From Nitrospirota bacterium (GTDB lineage: Bacteria; Nitrospirota; JACRHJ01), in assembly GCA_963733375.1 (NCBI GenBank), contig CAVTDB010000008.1, forward strand, positions 1 to 64,000: a stretch of DNA of 64,000 bases, in the 5' to 3' direction. Below are positions 54,079-64,000 of the stretch, one piece after another. Below the pieces are notes generated by a model. That model was given only the letters and a program-made list of their open reading frames with translations. It made no database searches and was not told the DNA's origin. Made by a program: the position numbers and the translations under genes. Each line of letters starts with the position of its first letter. The first letter of the stretch is position 1.

Positions 54079-56515
54079 ATGTTCGAAAAATTTACGGATA
54101 GAGGCAGGAAGGTGATAATCTTCGCCAGGGAAGAGGCGGAGAGGCACCAGAACGATTACCTTGGGACGGAGCACCTGCTCCTTGGGCTTCTCCGGGAAGA
54201 GGACGGCATACCTATCGCCGTGCTCCGGAAGCTGGGCCTGAATACCGAGCAGGTCCGGATGGAGGTGGAGCGCAACCTCCCCGGCGGAATGGGGAACCTC
54301 GCATTCGGCGAGATACCTTTCACCCCCAGGGCGAAAAAGGTTCTGGAACTGGCGATAGAAGAGGCCAGGCTCTTAGGCCACAACTATGTCGGCAGTGAAC
54401 ACCTCCTGCTTGGAATAATCAGGGAAGAGGAAGGGATAGGCGGCAAAATCATCCGGAACCTGGGGGCGCACCTCCTGGGGGCCCGCCAGCTTACTATAAA
54501 TTTCGTACGCAGGAGCCCGGGACAGGCGGCCAGGGACAAGAAAAGCCCCACGCCGGCGCTGGACGAGTTCGGGCGCGACCTTACCCAGCTTGCCAAGGAC
54601 GGGAAGCTCGACCCCGTCATAGGCCGGGATAACGAGATAGAGCGCGTAATGCAGATACTGTCCCGCCGGACCAAGAACAACCCGGTGCTCATAGGAGAGC
54701 CGGGTGTAGGCAAAACGGCTATCGTGGAGGGTCTGGCCCAGCGGATAGTGAACGACGAAGTGCCGGAAAACCTTGCAAACCGCAGGCTTGTCGCGCTGGA
54801 CCTGGGCTCGTTAATCGCGGGCACCAAGTACAGGGGACAGTTCGAGGAACGCCTGAAAGTAGTAATGAAGGAGATCTCCCAGGCGGAGAACGTCATAATC
54901 TTTATAGATGAGCTGCATACCCTTGTGGGCGCGGGCGCGGCGGAAGGCTCCGTGGACGCTTCAAGCATGTTAAAACCCGCCCTTTCCAGGGGCGAGATAC
55001 AGTGCATAGGCGCAACCACGCTCGACGAGTTCCGCAAGCATATCGAGAAGGACGGCGCGCTTGAGAGGCGGTTCCAGCCCATCCAGGTAATGCCGCCGAC
55101 GATGGAAGAGGCGGTTAAGATACTCCAGGGCCTGAAAGGGAAATACGAGGCCCACCACAAGGTTAAATATAAAGACGAGGCGGTGGAGGCTTCCGTAAAG
55201 CTCTCCGACCGCTATATAACCGACCGTTACCTGCCTGACAAGGCCATTGACATAATCGACGAGGCGGGCTCGAGGGCGAAGCTCCAGAAATATACCCTGC
55301 CGTCGGAGATACGCGCGGTAGAGCGCGACATGAAGAAGGCGGCCAAGAACAAGAGCCTGTTCCTCCGGCTGCAGGATTCGGAGAAGGCGGAGTATTTCAC
55401 CCGTGAAGAGGAGCGCCTGAAAGAGCAGTTCGAAGAGGCGCAGCGCACCTGGCGCGACTCCCAGGAAAAGATCCAGCCATTGATAGGCGAGGAAGAAATC
55501 GCCGGGATTATATCGAAGATTACCGGGATTCCGCTTTTCAAGCTCGAAGAGAAGGAATCCGAGAAGCTTCTCCGGATGGAGGAGTTTCTGCACAAGCGGA
55601 TTGTCGGACAGGACGAGGCTATCCATGCGGTCTCAAGGGCGATCCGCCGCTCCCGCGCCGGCATAAAGAGCCGGAAGAAACCTATCGGCTCCTTTATCTT
55701 CCTCGGCCCCACCGGCGTGGGAAAGACGGAGCTTGCGAGGGTGCTGGCGGAATTCCTTTTCGATAACGAGGATGCGCTTATCAGGGTGGACATGTCCGAA
55801 TTCATGGAGAAGTTCACCGTCTCCAGGCTGACCGGGGCGCCTCCCGGATACGTGGGATACGAAGAGGGCGGCCAGTTGACGGAGAAGGTCACGAAGGCGT
55901 CCGTACTCGGTGGTGCTTTTCGACGAGATAGAGAAGGCCCATCCGGACCTCTTCAATATACTGCTCCAGGTCCTGGACGACGGCCTGCTCACGGACAGCT
56001 ACGGGAGGAAGGTGGACTTCAAGAACACCGTGCTCATCATGACCTCAAACCTCGGGGCGAGGCTCATAGACAAGAACGTGAACATGGGCTTCCACAGCGA
56101 CAAGGGCATGGACAGCAAGTCGATAAGCGATAAAGTGATGGGCGAACTGAAGCATTTCTTCAACCCGGAGTTCCTGAACCGGGTGGACGACATGATCGTC
56201 TTCCATCAGTTGAATAACGAGCAGCTCTTGAAGATCGTGGACCTGCTGGTGGACGAAATGAACAGCATGATACTGGAGCAGAACATCCAGCTCGACGTGG
56301 CCCAGGAAGTGAAAGAGTGGATTATAAAGAATAACTTCCAGCTATCCTACGGGGCCAGGCCGCTAAGGCGCGCCATCCAGAAGAATATCGAAGACCCGTT
56401 CTCCGAGGAACTCCTGCGCGGACGGTTCAAAGAGGGCGGGAAGGTCCTCGTGAAGCTGCGCGACGGTTCAGTGGTGTTCGAGGAAGTGCCGCTGGAGGCT
56501 TTCGCTGAAGTCTGA
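54079..56515 (+). CDS. clpC: ATP-dependent Clp protease ATPase ClpC (frameshift ~55890)
   Basis: MFEKFTDR, two Clp-N repeats, GEPGVGKT and GPTGVGKT Walker A motifs, [12 protein letters not shown] loop. Confidence 0.93.
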
Positions 56516-56535
56516 AACGCTAAGACTATAAATTA

Positions 56536-56567
56536 AAAAGCACGGGGTAAGTCCCCGTGCTTTTTTG
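56536..56567. terminator. bidirectional intrinsic terminator
   Basis: AAAAAGCACGGGG-taagt-CCCCGTGCTTTTT. Confidence 0.85.
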
Positions 56568-56600
56568 TTTTTTTTTTATCTTTTTTATCTTATTTTCATT

Positions 56601-56696
56601 TTATGGGGCGGTTATGAGTTTATACACTCCGTAAACTCCCGCCGACACAAACCCCAACACGGTAAATAGGAAACCCATAACGAATACGCCTGTCAT
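56601..56696 (-). CDS. 31-aa single-TM small protein
   Basis: MTGVFVMGFLFTVLGFVSAGVYGVYKLITAP*, AGAGGAGG RBS, followed by terminator. Confidence 0.65.
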   Translation of the reverse strand: MTGVFVMGFLFTVLGFVSAGVYGVYKLITAP

Positions 56697-56770
56697 TTTC
56701 GGCCTCCTCTGTCTAGTAGATGTTCCTGACTTAAGTATAGCACAAATTAAAGATAAAATCAGGAATTACT

Positions 56771-57243
56771 ATGGGTAAGAAAAGCGCGGGACTTCTGATG
56801 TACAGGCTGAGGGGCGGGGTCCTGGAACTGTTCCTCGTGCATCCCGGCGGGCCGTACTGGGCCAAAAAAGACCTGGGGGCGTGGACGATACCGAAGGGGG
56901 AGATCTCCGAATCCGGAGGAACCTCTTCATGCGGCGAAGCGTGAGTTTTTAGAGGAGACCGGCTTTCCCGTTCCGGAGGAAGACCTTTTTTTGAAACTTA
57001 CTCCCCTGAAGCAGCCGAGCGGGAAGGTCATACATGCCTGGGCGTTCGAGGGCGATTGCCTTCCGGAGACGCTTGCAAGCAACACCTGCACCATTGCAGT
57101 GGCCGCCCAGGAGCGGGAAGTTCATTGATATTCCGGAGGTTGACAGGGGCGGGTGGTTTAAAATCCCGGAGGCGAAGGAGCGGATAATCGCGGGGCAGAG
57201 GGGTTTTATAGAGGAACTGGAAGAGAAGCTTAGCGTCCCCTGA
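56771..57243 (+). CDS. NUDIX hydrolase (frameshifted)
   Basis: KKSAGLLMYR, LVHPGGPYW, WTIPKGE, AAKREFLEETG, WPPRSG, PEVDR. Confidence 0.88.
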
Positions 57244-57703
57244 AATAGTTTTCAATTACCAGGAGCGCCACTCCGTCGGCAAACACCAGCAGGTTTAATA
57301 CCGCGCTTACGGCATGGAGCCTGCCGAACTTCCTGCGCATCGGGTCGTCCTTGGGCGCGTTTTCAAACGAACCCACCTGCTTCTTTACGATTAAAATGTC
57401 CGGATGGAGCTTGAACGTGACATAGGAATTAATCAGCACCGCGAATATGAGCAGGATTATAGAGGCCTTGAAACCGCTCCCGGTCCATACCTGCCGCGAA
57501 ACGAGGTACAGGAGCATGGCAAAAATCGACAGTGAGAAGTTATAAAGGAAATATGCGTTAAAGAACTTATCCACGATGGCCGCCGCCGCGTCCCGGCTGA
57601 AGCCCTTGAAGATAAGCGGAGTGATGACGAAGGTGAACAGGGCGATGCCGCCTATCCAGAGAGAAACTGTTAACATGTAGAGGATAAATGCTATAAACTT
57701 CAT
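57230..57703 (-). CDS. DUF4149/TMEM205-like membrane protein
   Basis: four TM segments, FGRLHAVSAVLNL. Confidence 0.8.
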   Translation of the reverse strand: MKFIAFILYMLTVSLWIGGIALFTFVITPLIFKGFSRDAAAAIVDKFFNAYFLYNFSLSIFAMLLYLVSRQVWTGSGFKASIILLIFAVLINSYVTFKLHPDILIVKKQVGSFENAPKDDPMRRKFGRLHAVSAVLNLLVFADGVALLVIENYFRGR

Positions 57704-57742
57704 TCTTTAGATGATACCATAACTCATGGAAAAAAAGCTGAA

Positions 57743-58249
57743 ATGAAAAATAAAATCAGGGTCGGGATAAGCTCCTGCCTCCTGGGCGAAAAGGTCCGCT
57801 ACGACGGCGGCGACAAGCTTGACGTTTACATCATGGAGAGCCTGGGGAAGCAGGCATTGTTCGTGCCGGTATGCCCGGAGGCGGAATGCGGGATGCCGAC
57901 GCCGCGAGAACCCATGCGGCTGACGGGCGACCCGGCCGCTCCCCGCCTGGTGACTGTAAATACAAAATTGGATTTTACGGAAAAATTATCGGCATGGGCG
58001 AATAAGAGGGTCGCGGAGCTGGAGAAGGAAAACCTCTCCGGCTTTGTGTTTAAGAGCCGCTCGCCCAGTTGCGGGCTCAGGGGAGTGGAAGTATCAGGCG
58101 AGGACGATGTACCCGCGAAAATCGGGACAGGCATTTTCGCGAAGATATTGACGGACAAGTTCCCGGCCCTGCCGGTAGAGGAAGAAGCAAACCTTCACGA
58201 CCCCGAGGCCATGGAAAAATTTTTAAGCCTACTTTTCCCAACCCCATAA
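57743..58249 (+). CDS. DUF523 2-thiouracil desulfurase-family protein
   Basis: ISSCLLGEKVRYDG, VCPE, KSRSPSCG. Confidence 0.88.
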   Translation: MKNKIRVGISSCLLGEKVRYDGGDKLDVYIMESLGKQALFVPVCPEAECGMPTPREPMRLTGDPAAPRLVTVNTKLDFTEKLSAWANKRVAELEKENLSGFVFKSRSPSCGLRGVEVSGEDDVPAKIGTGIFAKILTDKFPALPVEEEANLHDPEAMEKFLSLLFPTP

Positions 58250-58280
58250 CGGGTCGTATCAATTTAGTGTCCTTTAAAAT

Positions 58281-58962
58281 TTAGCTTGCTTTAAGAAATG
58301 CAGCCGCTATAAATGCGGCCTCCGACGGTGAGTGTTTCATGCCTTCGGCTTCCATGGCCTCAAGGATGGGAACGTCTCTTTCCTTCTGCCTCCGGTGGAA
58401 AATATACCGCACCTTTGAAACCCTTCATACGCAGGCCGGCATTAAATGCAAGACCGGCTATGTCCGGGAGACCGAAGAACCTTACGCCATGCCATATAGA
58501 AGCAGGATCGTTCTCATTTTTCCTGCGCCGCCTTGCCCAGGGACTATTTTTGTTAAGGAATCCAAGTAATAGGATACCGTCCTTCTTCAGCACCCTTGAC
58601 AGTTCAGTTAAGACATGCGCTGGGTCATCAATAAATTCCAGTGTACAAACCGAGATAACCTTGTCGAATGTTGATGGTTCGAAAGGTAAATCCTGAAGAG
58701 ATGCCTTAATCAAGGTGGAACCTCTGCCCCTGAAATTGGCAGAGTATTTCAACATATCTTCGTCCTCGTCCACACCTGTAACATTCAAGCCCAGACGAAG
58801 CAGCTCTTCCAGGTACACGCCCGTGCCGCACCCGGCATCGAGGACTTTATCACCGGGGTTGAATGATACCAGCGAGAAGAGGGCGTCTTTTTCCAGGCGG
58901 TGGCATAGCGAACCAAACGTGGTCCCGTACCATGCGTCGTATTGGGCAGGGTCTATCTTCAC
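58281..58962 (-). CDS. class I SAM-dependent methyltransferase (frameshift near 3' end)
   Basis: YDAWY, VLDAGCGTG, LPF..FD, RVLKKDG. Confidence 0.88.
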
Positions 58963-59016
58963 GCATGCACCTGTCAGAAAGTCATGACCTCGCGCTCCAA
59001 GCCTATGCTCCTCCGC

Positions 59017-59511
59017 TTAAAAAGTCAGATTCATATCCGCCTTCATTACCACGTCTTTATAATACGTGGCCGGGTCCGCGACCTTGACTCCGTCATAAAA
59101 TTCGCTCTCCTTGATGTCGAATAGCTCCTTGTTCAGAGGACATGCCCATACGCGCGCCTTCTCGGCTATGAGGAAGAACATAAGGTCTTCCGCGCTTGGA
59201 AGGTTCATCTCGTCCATCTTTTTCAGCACGGCCTCGCCGATCTCCGGCTGGTCGGGCAGGCACTTCAGCGTTTTTATTTTTTCCCGGTGTACGGCGTTTA
59301 TACCGCGCGACCCGAAGAACACATCCACGCTGTTGCCTTCCCGCAGAAGGGAAAGCGCGGTCATAAGGGCGTTATAGACCTGGCATAGCTCGTCGCTGAA
59401 ACACATGACGGATACGTTCTTCTTTACCTTTTCCGTTTTCACGCGCTCGGAAGACGGCGACGGGTTCGACGTGCTGCACGCGGAGACGACGTTCTTTTTT
59501 TCCTCTTCCAT
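59017..59511 (-). CDS. DsrE/DsrF/DrsH-like protein
   Basis: VDVFFGSRGI, VWACP, GV..ADPATY..ADMNLTF pattern. Confidence 0.7.
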   Translation of the reverse strand: MEEEKKNVVSACSTSNPSPSSERVKTEKVKKNVSVMCFSDELCQVYNALMTALSLLREGNSVDVFFGSRGINAVHREKIKTLKCLPDQPEIGEAVLKKMDEMNLPSAEDLMFFLIAEKARVWACPLNKELFDIKESEFYDGVKVADPATYYKDVVMKADMNLTF

Positions 59512-59526
59512 TTCGATACCTCCTCT

Positions 59527-60339
59527 TTATGCAGGCTTCAATGGCCTGCTCATAACCTGGTACCACATCCTGAAGGCCGGTGATGGCGATAATTCCGGCG
59601 ATTGCATAGCGGAGTTTCTTGGTATTGACCCTCTTGCTTACCCGGCCCGCCGATCTGGGCGCCGGGAATCGTGCCATGCCGACCAGCGCTATCGCATACG
59701 GCCAGATTATCTGTCCGGTGGCCATCTTGCCTATCGTGCCCATCACGGCGCCCCGAGAGCGACAATCCCAAGCAGTGCTCCCGATGACGATGCGGGTCGG
59801 GATGTTAAGCAGGTATATCATTACGGGGATGTAGATGAACGCCCCCGGCGCGCCGACCATGCCGCCAAAACAGCCGATAGCAAGGCTTACCCCCGACGCC
59901 AGGATCTTGTTGTACTTGGACGTCCTCGGGCGCTACATCCTCGCCCTGTTCGCGTTTCGGCACGAACATCACCACTGCGGCTATCACCGCCATGGTGGCG
60001 AAAATGGCAAGCAGAAAGTCGCTCTTTGGTGTGCTTGGAGAAAAGCGCACCGGCAAGGTTGCCGATAGCATTAAAGAGTCCCATGTAAATCAGGAGGGAC
60101 TTGCTGACGAATTTGTTCTTATTATGCACGATAAGGCCCGAGACCGAGGCCGCGAGCACCTGCACCATGCTTATCGCCGCGACCTGCTTCATGTCGAGAT
60201 GCCCGATTCCGAAGAATGGGCGGCACATACAGGAGGAGCGGTATCATGAATATCGCCCCGCCAAGCCCTAGCAGGCCCGAAAGGAAACCCGCCGCCCTAA
60301 ACCTAAAAATAAAAGAGTAACAAGAAATGATACTTCCAC
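59527..60339 (-). CDS. TauE/SafE sulfite exporter (several frameshifts)
   Basis: GFLSGLLGLGGAIFMIPLL and GMVGAPGAFIYIPVM repeats, IGS, hydrophobic. Confidence 0.85.
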
Positions 60340-60688
60340 TATGTACTCCTTTCTCAACGGCCGCCCGTTTTGTTTGCGTAGAAGGTCTTACCGGGCAGCA
60401 GGCGGGCGCGGGCAGGCTTTCTTTATGTTCTTTCGCGAGCGCCGCGAGGATATCCAGCACCTTCGGGTCTTTAAGGAAATAACAGCGAAGTTTTCCGTCC
60501 ACGTAGAAGTCCACGAGGCCCGCACGCCTGAGCATTGACAGGTGCTGGGAAATATTCGACTGGCCCGTCCCCAGAATTTCCTCCATGTCGGAGACGCAGA
60601 GCACGTCGTTTTCCAATTTCTTTAATATCTCCAGGCGGTAATGATGGGCCATGACCTTCAGCAACTCGGCCATTTTTTTATAATCCAT
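60339..60688 (-). CDS. ArsR/SmtB-family regulator
   Basis: LKVMAHHYRLEIL, LCVSDM, QSNISQHLSMLR, C-terminal ACCP. Confidence 0.9.
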
Positions 60689-60713
60689 TGAATTTCCCTC
60701 CACGATGAATAGG

Positions 60714-60735
60714 CATATCATAATATGATGATATG
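60714..60735. promoter_or_regulatory. ArsR-type operator
   Basis: perfect inverted repeat CATATCAT-N6-ATGATATG upstream of the regulator. Confidence 0.7.
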
Positions 60736-60819
60736 ACGATAAGATAGAGGAGCAGGCTTAAGTTGTCAAGAAGAATTATTTACTATAACAACAATTATCA
60801 GGAGGTCTAAATTTGTCGC

Positions 60820-60848
60820 TTGACAAGTAGTGAGCATATGTTCATAAT
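60820..60848 (+). promoter_or_regulatory. sigma70 promoter with palindromic operator
   Basis: TTGACA-17-CATAAT; TGAGCATATGTTCA (60831-60844) in spacer/-10. Confidence 0.65.
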
Positions 60849-60871
60849 TAGTTGTCGTAGGAGGTAGAGAT

Positions 60872-61567
60872 TTGAGACCTAAGTCTTGCAGGACGGTTGG
60901 AGTGCAGCCCGGCGTCACATACTTCAAGCCGCGGGGCGTCCCGCTGTCAGACCTTGAGGAAGCAGTTCTGGCGGTGGACGAGTTTGAAGCGATAAAGCTT
61001 GCCGACCACGACGGGCTTTACCAGGAAGAGGCCGCCGTCAGGATGAATATTTCACGCCCTACTTTCAGCCGGATAATAGATTCAGCTCACAGGAAAATAG
61101 CCGATGCGCTCGTGCATGGCAAGGCTTTAAAAATCGAGGGAGGCAAGGTCGAGATAGCCTCAAATGTAAAACCGGCAACACAACGAGGAGGAAAAATGAA
61201 CATTGCGGTATCCACCACCGACGGAAAGACGATCTGCGGTCACCTTGGAAAGTGCAAGGACTTCATTATCTATGAAACCGACGGCAAGGAAGTAATAAGA
61301 AAAAGCTTCAGGAGGTCGGGCGGCGCCTGCCCCGGGCACGGCGATCACGGTGATAGCGGAGGGCACGTGCACAACGTCAGTCCCTTCGCCGGCTGCCACG
61401 CCGTAATTACGCAGGGCATGGGGCAGGGGATGCTTAACGGCCTCGTGCAGGCGGGCATCCAGCCTGTAATAACCGACCAGACCGACCCGGATACCGCCAT
61501 AGCAAACTTCCTGAATGGCGAGCTGTCCGGCACGGCGAAATCCACCTGCTCCTGCGGCGAGCATTGA
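60872..61567 (+). CDS. DUF134 HTH protein plus NifB/NifX-family domain (fusion or two genes)
   Basis: YFKPRG, DEFEAIKLAD, MNISRPTF, GKALKIEGG; then HLGKC..F, GMGQG; internal RBS GAGGAGG before ATG at 61196. Confidence 0.85.
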   Translation: MRPKSCRTVGVQPGVTYFKPRGVPLSDLEEAVLAVDEFEAIKLADHDGLYQEEAAVRMNISRPTFSRIIDSAHRKIADALVHGKALKIEGGKVEIASNVKPATQRGGKMNIAVSTTDGKTICGHLGKCKDFIIYETDGKEVIRKSFRRSGGACPGHGDHGDSGGHVHNVSPFAGCHAVITQGMGQGMLNGLVQAGIQPVITDQTDPDTAIANFLNGELSGTAKSTCSCGEH

Positions 61568-61632
61568 TCTGCCGACCGTAAAAAAAGTAATCTCAACCAG
61601 AAGCGACTTTTACAGAGCAAAAAGGAGATAGA

Positions 61633-61992
61633 ATGACCGACAAACTGGTGATAGTGCTCTCGCACGGTACGGACAACCCCAACAAATCCACAAGGGCCCT
61701 GCATCTGGCAAAAGTGGCGAAGGAAAACGGCAAGGACGTTAAGATGTTTCTGCTGGACGACGCCGTATTCATTGCCAAGAAAGGCGTTACCGACAACCTC
61801 CGCTCGGCGACCGGGGACATAGCAGCCGACCTCATGACATTTCTGGAGGATTTCGAGGTGCCGATTTATGCCTGCACGCCGTGCGCAAAGGCCAGAGACT
61901 TAAAGGAGTCGGACTTCGTTAAAAACGCCCGGATGGAGCCGGGCACAACGCTGATAAAGATGACTTCCGACCACGCCGTTATAAGCCTGTGA
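61633..61992 (+). CDS. DsrE-family sulfur relay protein
   Basis: MFLLDDAV, IYACTPCAKAR. Confidence 0.85.
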   Translation: MTDKLVIVLSHGTDNPNKSTRALHLAKVAKENGKDVKMFLLDDAVFIAKKGVTDNLRSATGDIAADLMTFLEDFEVPIYACTPCAKARDLKESDFVKNARMEPGTTLIKMTSDHAVISL

Positions 61993-62025
61993 GCTGACAG
62001 TGGATGGATGCTTAAGGAGGGCGCT

Positions 62026-62490
62026 ATGGAACAAAAGGTCGAAATAGACCTGCAAGGGTATAAAGAAAAGGCCAAGACGGACATGAAGGGCTTTCTCTTC
62101 TGGGAGAAGGACCTGCTGTTCAGGGGGATGACGCAGTCGGGTTATGAAATCGAGTTCGACGCGGCGGTGCAATGGGGGTGCATGCCGACAGAATCCCTCA
62201 TGCTGTCGCTGGCCGGCTGCATGGGCATCGACGCGGTAAGTTTCCTGCAAAAGATGAAGGTCGAGCTTCATAAGTTCAAGATGGATATAGACGGCCTCAG
62301 GAACCCAACGCCTCCGCAGTATTTCAAGGAAATCACGATGCACCTCCACTTCACCGGAGTGGGCATAAAGGAAAAGCAGGTAGAGCGCGCCATCGCCCTG
62401 TCTCAGGACAAGTACTGCTCCGTGTATCATTCATTGCGAAAAGACCTGAAAGTAAATGTCGGCTATACTATTACAGATATAGTCGATTGA
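62026..62490 (+). CDS. OsmC/YhfA-family protein
   Basis: PTESLMLSLAGC, AIALSQDKYCSV. Confidence 0.88.
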   Translation: MEQKVEIDLQGYKEKAKTDMKGFLFWEKDLLFRGMTQSGYEIEFDAAVQWGCMPTESLMLSLAGCMGIDAVSFLQKMKVELHKFKMDIDGLRNPTPPQYFKEITMHLHFTGVGIKEKQVERAIALSQDKYCSVYHSLRKDLKVNVGYTITDIVD

Positions 62491-62555
62491 GTACCAGGAA
62501 TATTTCAGACCATGCAGTAATCGCAAACCCCGCTTTCAAACGGAGGACACCGCAA

Positions 62556-63339
62556 ATGGATAAAAAAGAGATATCCAGACGTGGACTGCTTGCCGGTGCG
62601 GGCATGCTCGCGGCTGGGGCAGCGCTTTCCGCCGGTGCGATGGGTTTTCTGACTGATGCCGAGGCGAAGACCCAGGCAGCGCCAACGTGGCCGTGGCCGT
62701 ATGTGAAACTGGACCCGGCGGACCGCCGAAATCGCTTATAACGAATGGTACAGGCTTTACTGCGGCGGGGCGGTAATCAGCAGCGTGTTCGGCCAGCTCA
62801 AGGAAAAGGTGGGACAGCCGTATGCGTCGTTCCCGACGGACGCCTTTATCTTCCTTGAGGGAGGCATATCCGGATGGGGGACGGTATGCGGCTCGAACGC
62901 GGGTGCGAACGTTGTAGCAAACGTGATTATCGGCCCGAAACTTTTCGGCGACGGCATGTTGATGGGAAGCGAGATAATGCAGTGGTATTCCGAGACGGCG
63001 ATGCCGGTATTCCTCCCGAAAGAGCCGAAGGTAAAGTCCGAGATAATAAAGACCACCAGCGACTCTCCGCTCTGCCATATCTCCGTGGGGAAATGGATGA
63101 AGGCTTCCGGCAAGGGTCTGAAAAGCCCCGAGAGAAGGGACAGGTGCGCAAGGGTAACGGCGAGCGTCGCCTATCACCTTGTGGAGCTTTTAAACAACTG
63201 GAAAGACGGAAAGTATTATACGGTCGGCGAAATACCTTCCGAGTGCGGCATAACGGCACAGCATAACTGCACGGACTGCCACGGTGACAAAATTCCGCCG
63301 ATCCCCCCGTCAATCACGCCTCTATCTTCAAAAAAGTAA
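62556..63339 (+). CDS. split-Soret cytochrome c precursor (frameshift ~62722)
   Basis: Tat signal SRRGLL, WPWPYVKLDP, GGISGWGTVCG, PLCHISV, RCARVTA, CTDCH. Confidence 0.85.
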
Positions 63340-63346
63340 ACTTTCA

Positions 63347-63380
63347 GGGCCGCTTGCAGAGATGTGAGCGGCCTTTTTTA
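63347..63380 (+). terminator. intrinsic terminator
   Basis: GGCCGCTTGCA..TGTGAGCGGCC followed by T run. Confidence 0.75.
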
Positions 63381-63496
63381 TTAGTTGCCTGAACCGGAGT
63401 TCCGGGGCCCGGGTGCCACATATCCTTGACAAGAAAGCAATTTCATGAGAAAGTTTAATCTATAATAATTACTGCTACTATTGAACGGAGGTATGC

Positions 63497-63710
63497 ATGA
63501 GCTCAGCGCAAAGTGATTTAAAGGTTACTGTAAGGTTAAAGAGGAGGGCTATCCGGTCGGACGGCTCGGGGCGCACATCAAGCATGGGATGAACTGTACT
63601 TTCAGGGCCTTTTTCCAGGAGTATGACAGGGTGGGGTTGCCGCGCGTAGGAGCGGCTTCTATAAGACCGTAAAGATATCAGACAGCCTTGGTCATTAAAT
63701 GGGGGTCACG
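63497..63710 (+). CDS. hypothetical protein fragment (frameshifted, end uncertain)
   Basis: GGAGGT RBS and ATG at 63497; no recognisable motif. Confidence 0.3.
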
Positions 63711-63786
63711 GCATGTGCCGTAACCCCTTTTAATTTTTGCGGATGATTTTTTCTTGACAGGGCGGCTCTTCATGTGATATTGATAT

Positions 63787-63801
63787 TGCAATTCAATTTC
63801 A
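63787..63801. promoter_or_regulatory. possible Fur-type box
   Basis: TGCAATTCAATTTCA resembles TGAAAATCATTTTCA; downstream of TTGACA at 63754. Confidence 0.4.
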
Positions 63802-64000
63802 TTTATCGGGACGCGAACGACAGGCCACTTCGGGGCGTCCATAACCAGCCTTCTAACGGGGCCGCATGAAACAGAAATACTTAGCCATCGCAAAATACCC
63901 TAACTTCGATTTCAGCGTCACCAAACTTAAAAGGCCAAGGACTTAAAAAAGTCTAAAATTGAATCGTCCCTTCCGCGTCGCCCATATCGAATACCGGGAG

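Noticed and set aside
61196-61567. Nitrogen fixation gene
   Set aside because: NifB/NifX-like domains are common outside diazotrophs; no nifHDK
874-63339. Genome decay or programmed frameshifting
   Set aside because: Essential genes are hit as often as accessory ones and conserved motifs are intact; sequencing indels are simpler
63860-64000. CRISPR leader and first repeat
   Set aside because: No repeated unit visible before the window ends

Overview
GC-rich bacterial chromosomal window, probably Nitrospirota or a related delta-proteobacteria-like lineage (inferred from gene content only). About 30 genes, including essential ones, are split by single-base frameshifts, which points to an unpolished long-read consensus rather than gene decay. 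In order: HD-GYP phosphodiesterase, large secreted S8 protease, iorAB, perR, uvrC, truA, amiC, der, yihY, an extended MglA-like GTPase, a full nuoA-N operon, a ~470-nt ORF-free structured region behind a consensus promoter, a ubiD-vapBC-ubiA-ubiX-era-thioesterase operon, a 12-kb type II fatty-acid/polyketide cluster (KS, inactive KS, 2 phytoene-desaturase-like flavoproteins, thioesterase, 4 B12 radical SAM enzymes), a BirA-regulated bioB-bioW-bioF-fabG operon, clpC, and a sulfur-handling island ending in split-Soret cytochrome c. Three families of palindromic REP-like repeats are scattered through it, some inside coding sequences. Best candidates for new biology: the ladderane-like radical-SAM lipid cluster, the multi-domain ncRNA, and a NuoF carrying a natural equivalent of the NADPH-permissive E183A substitution.
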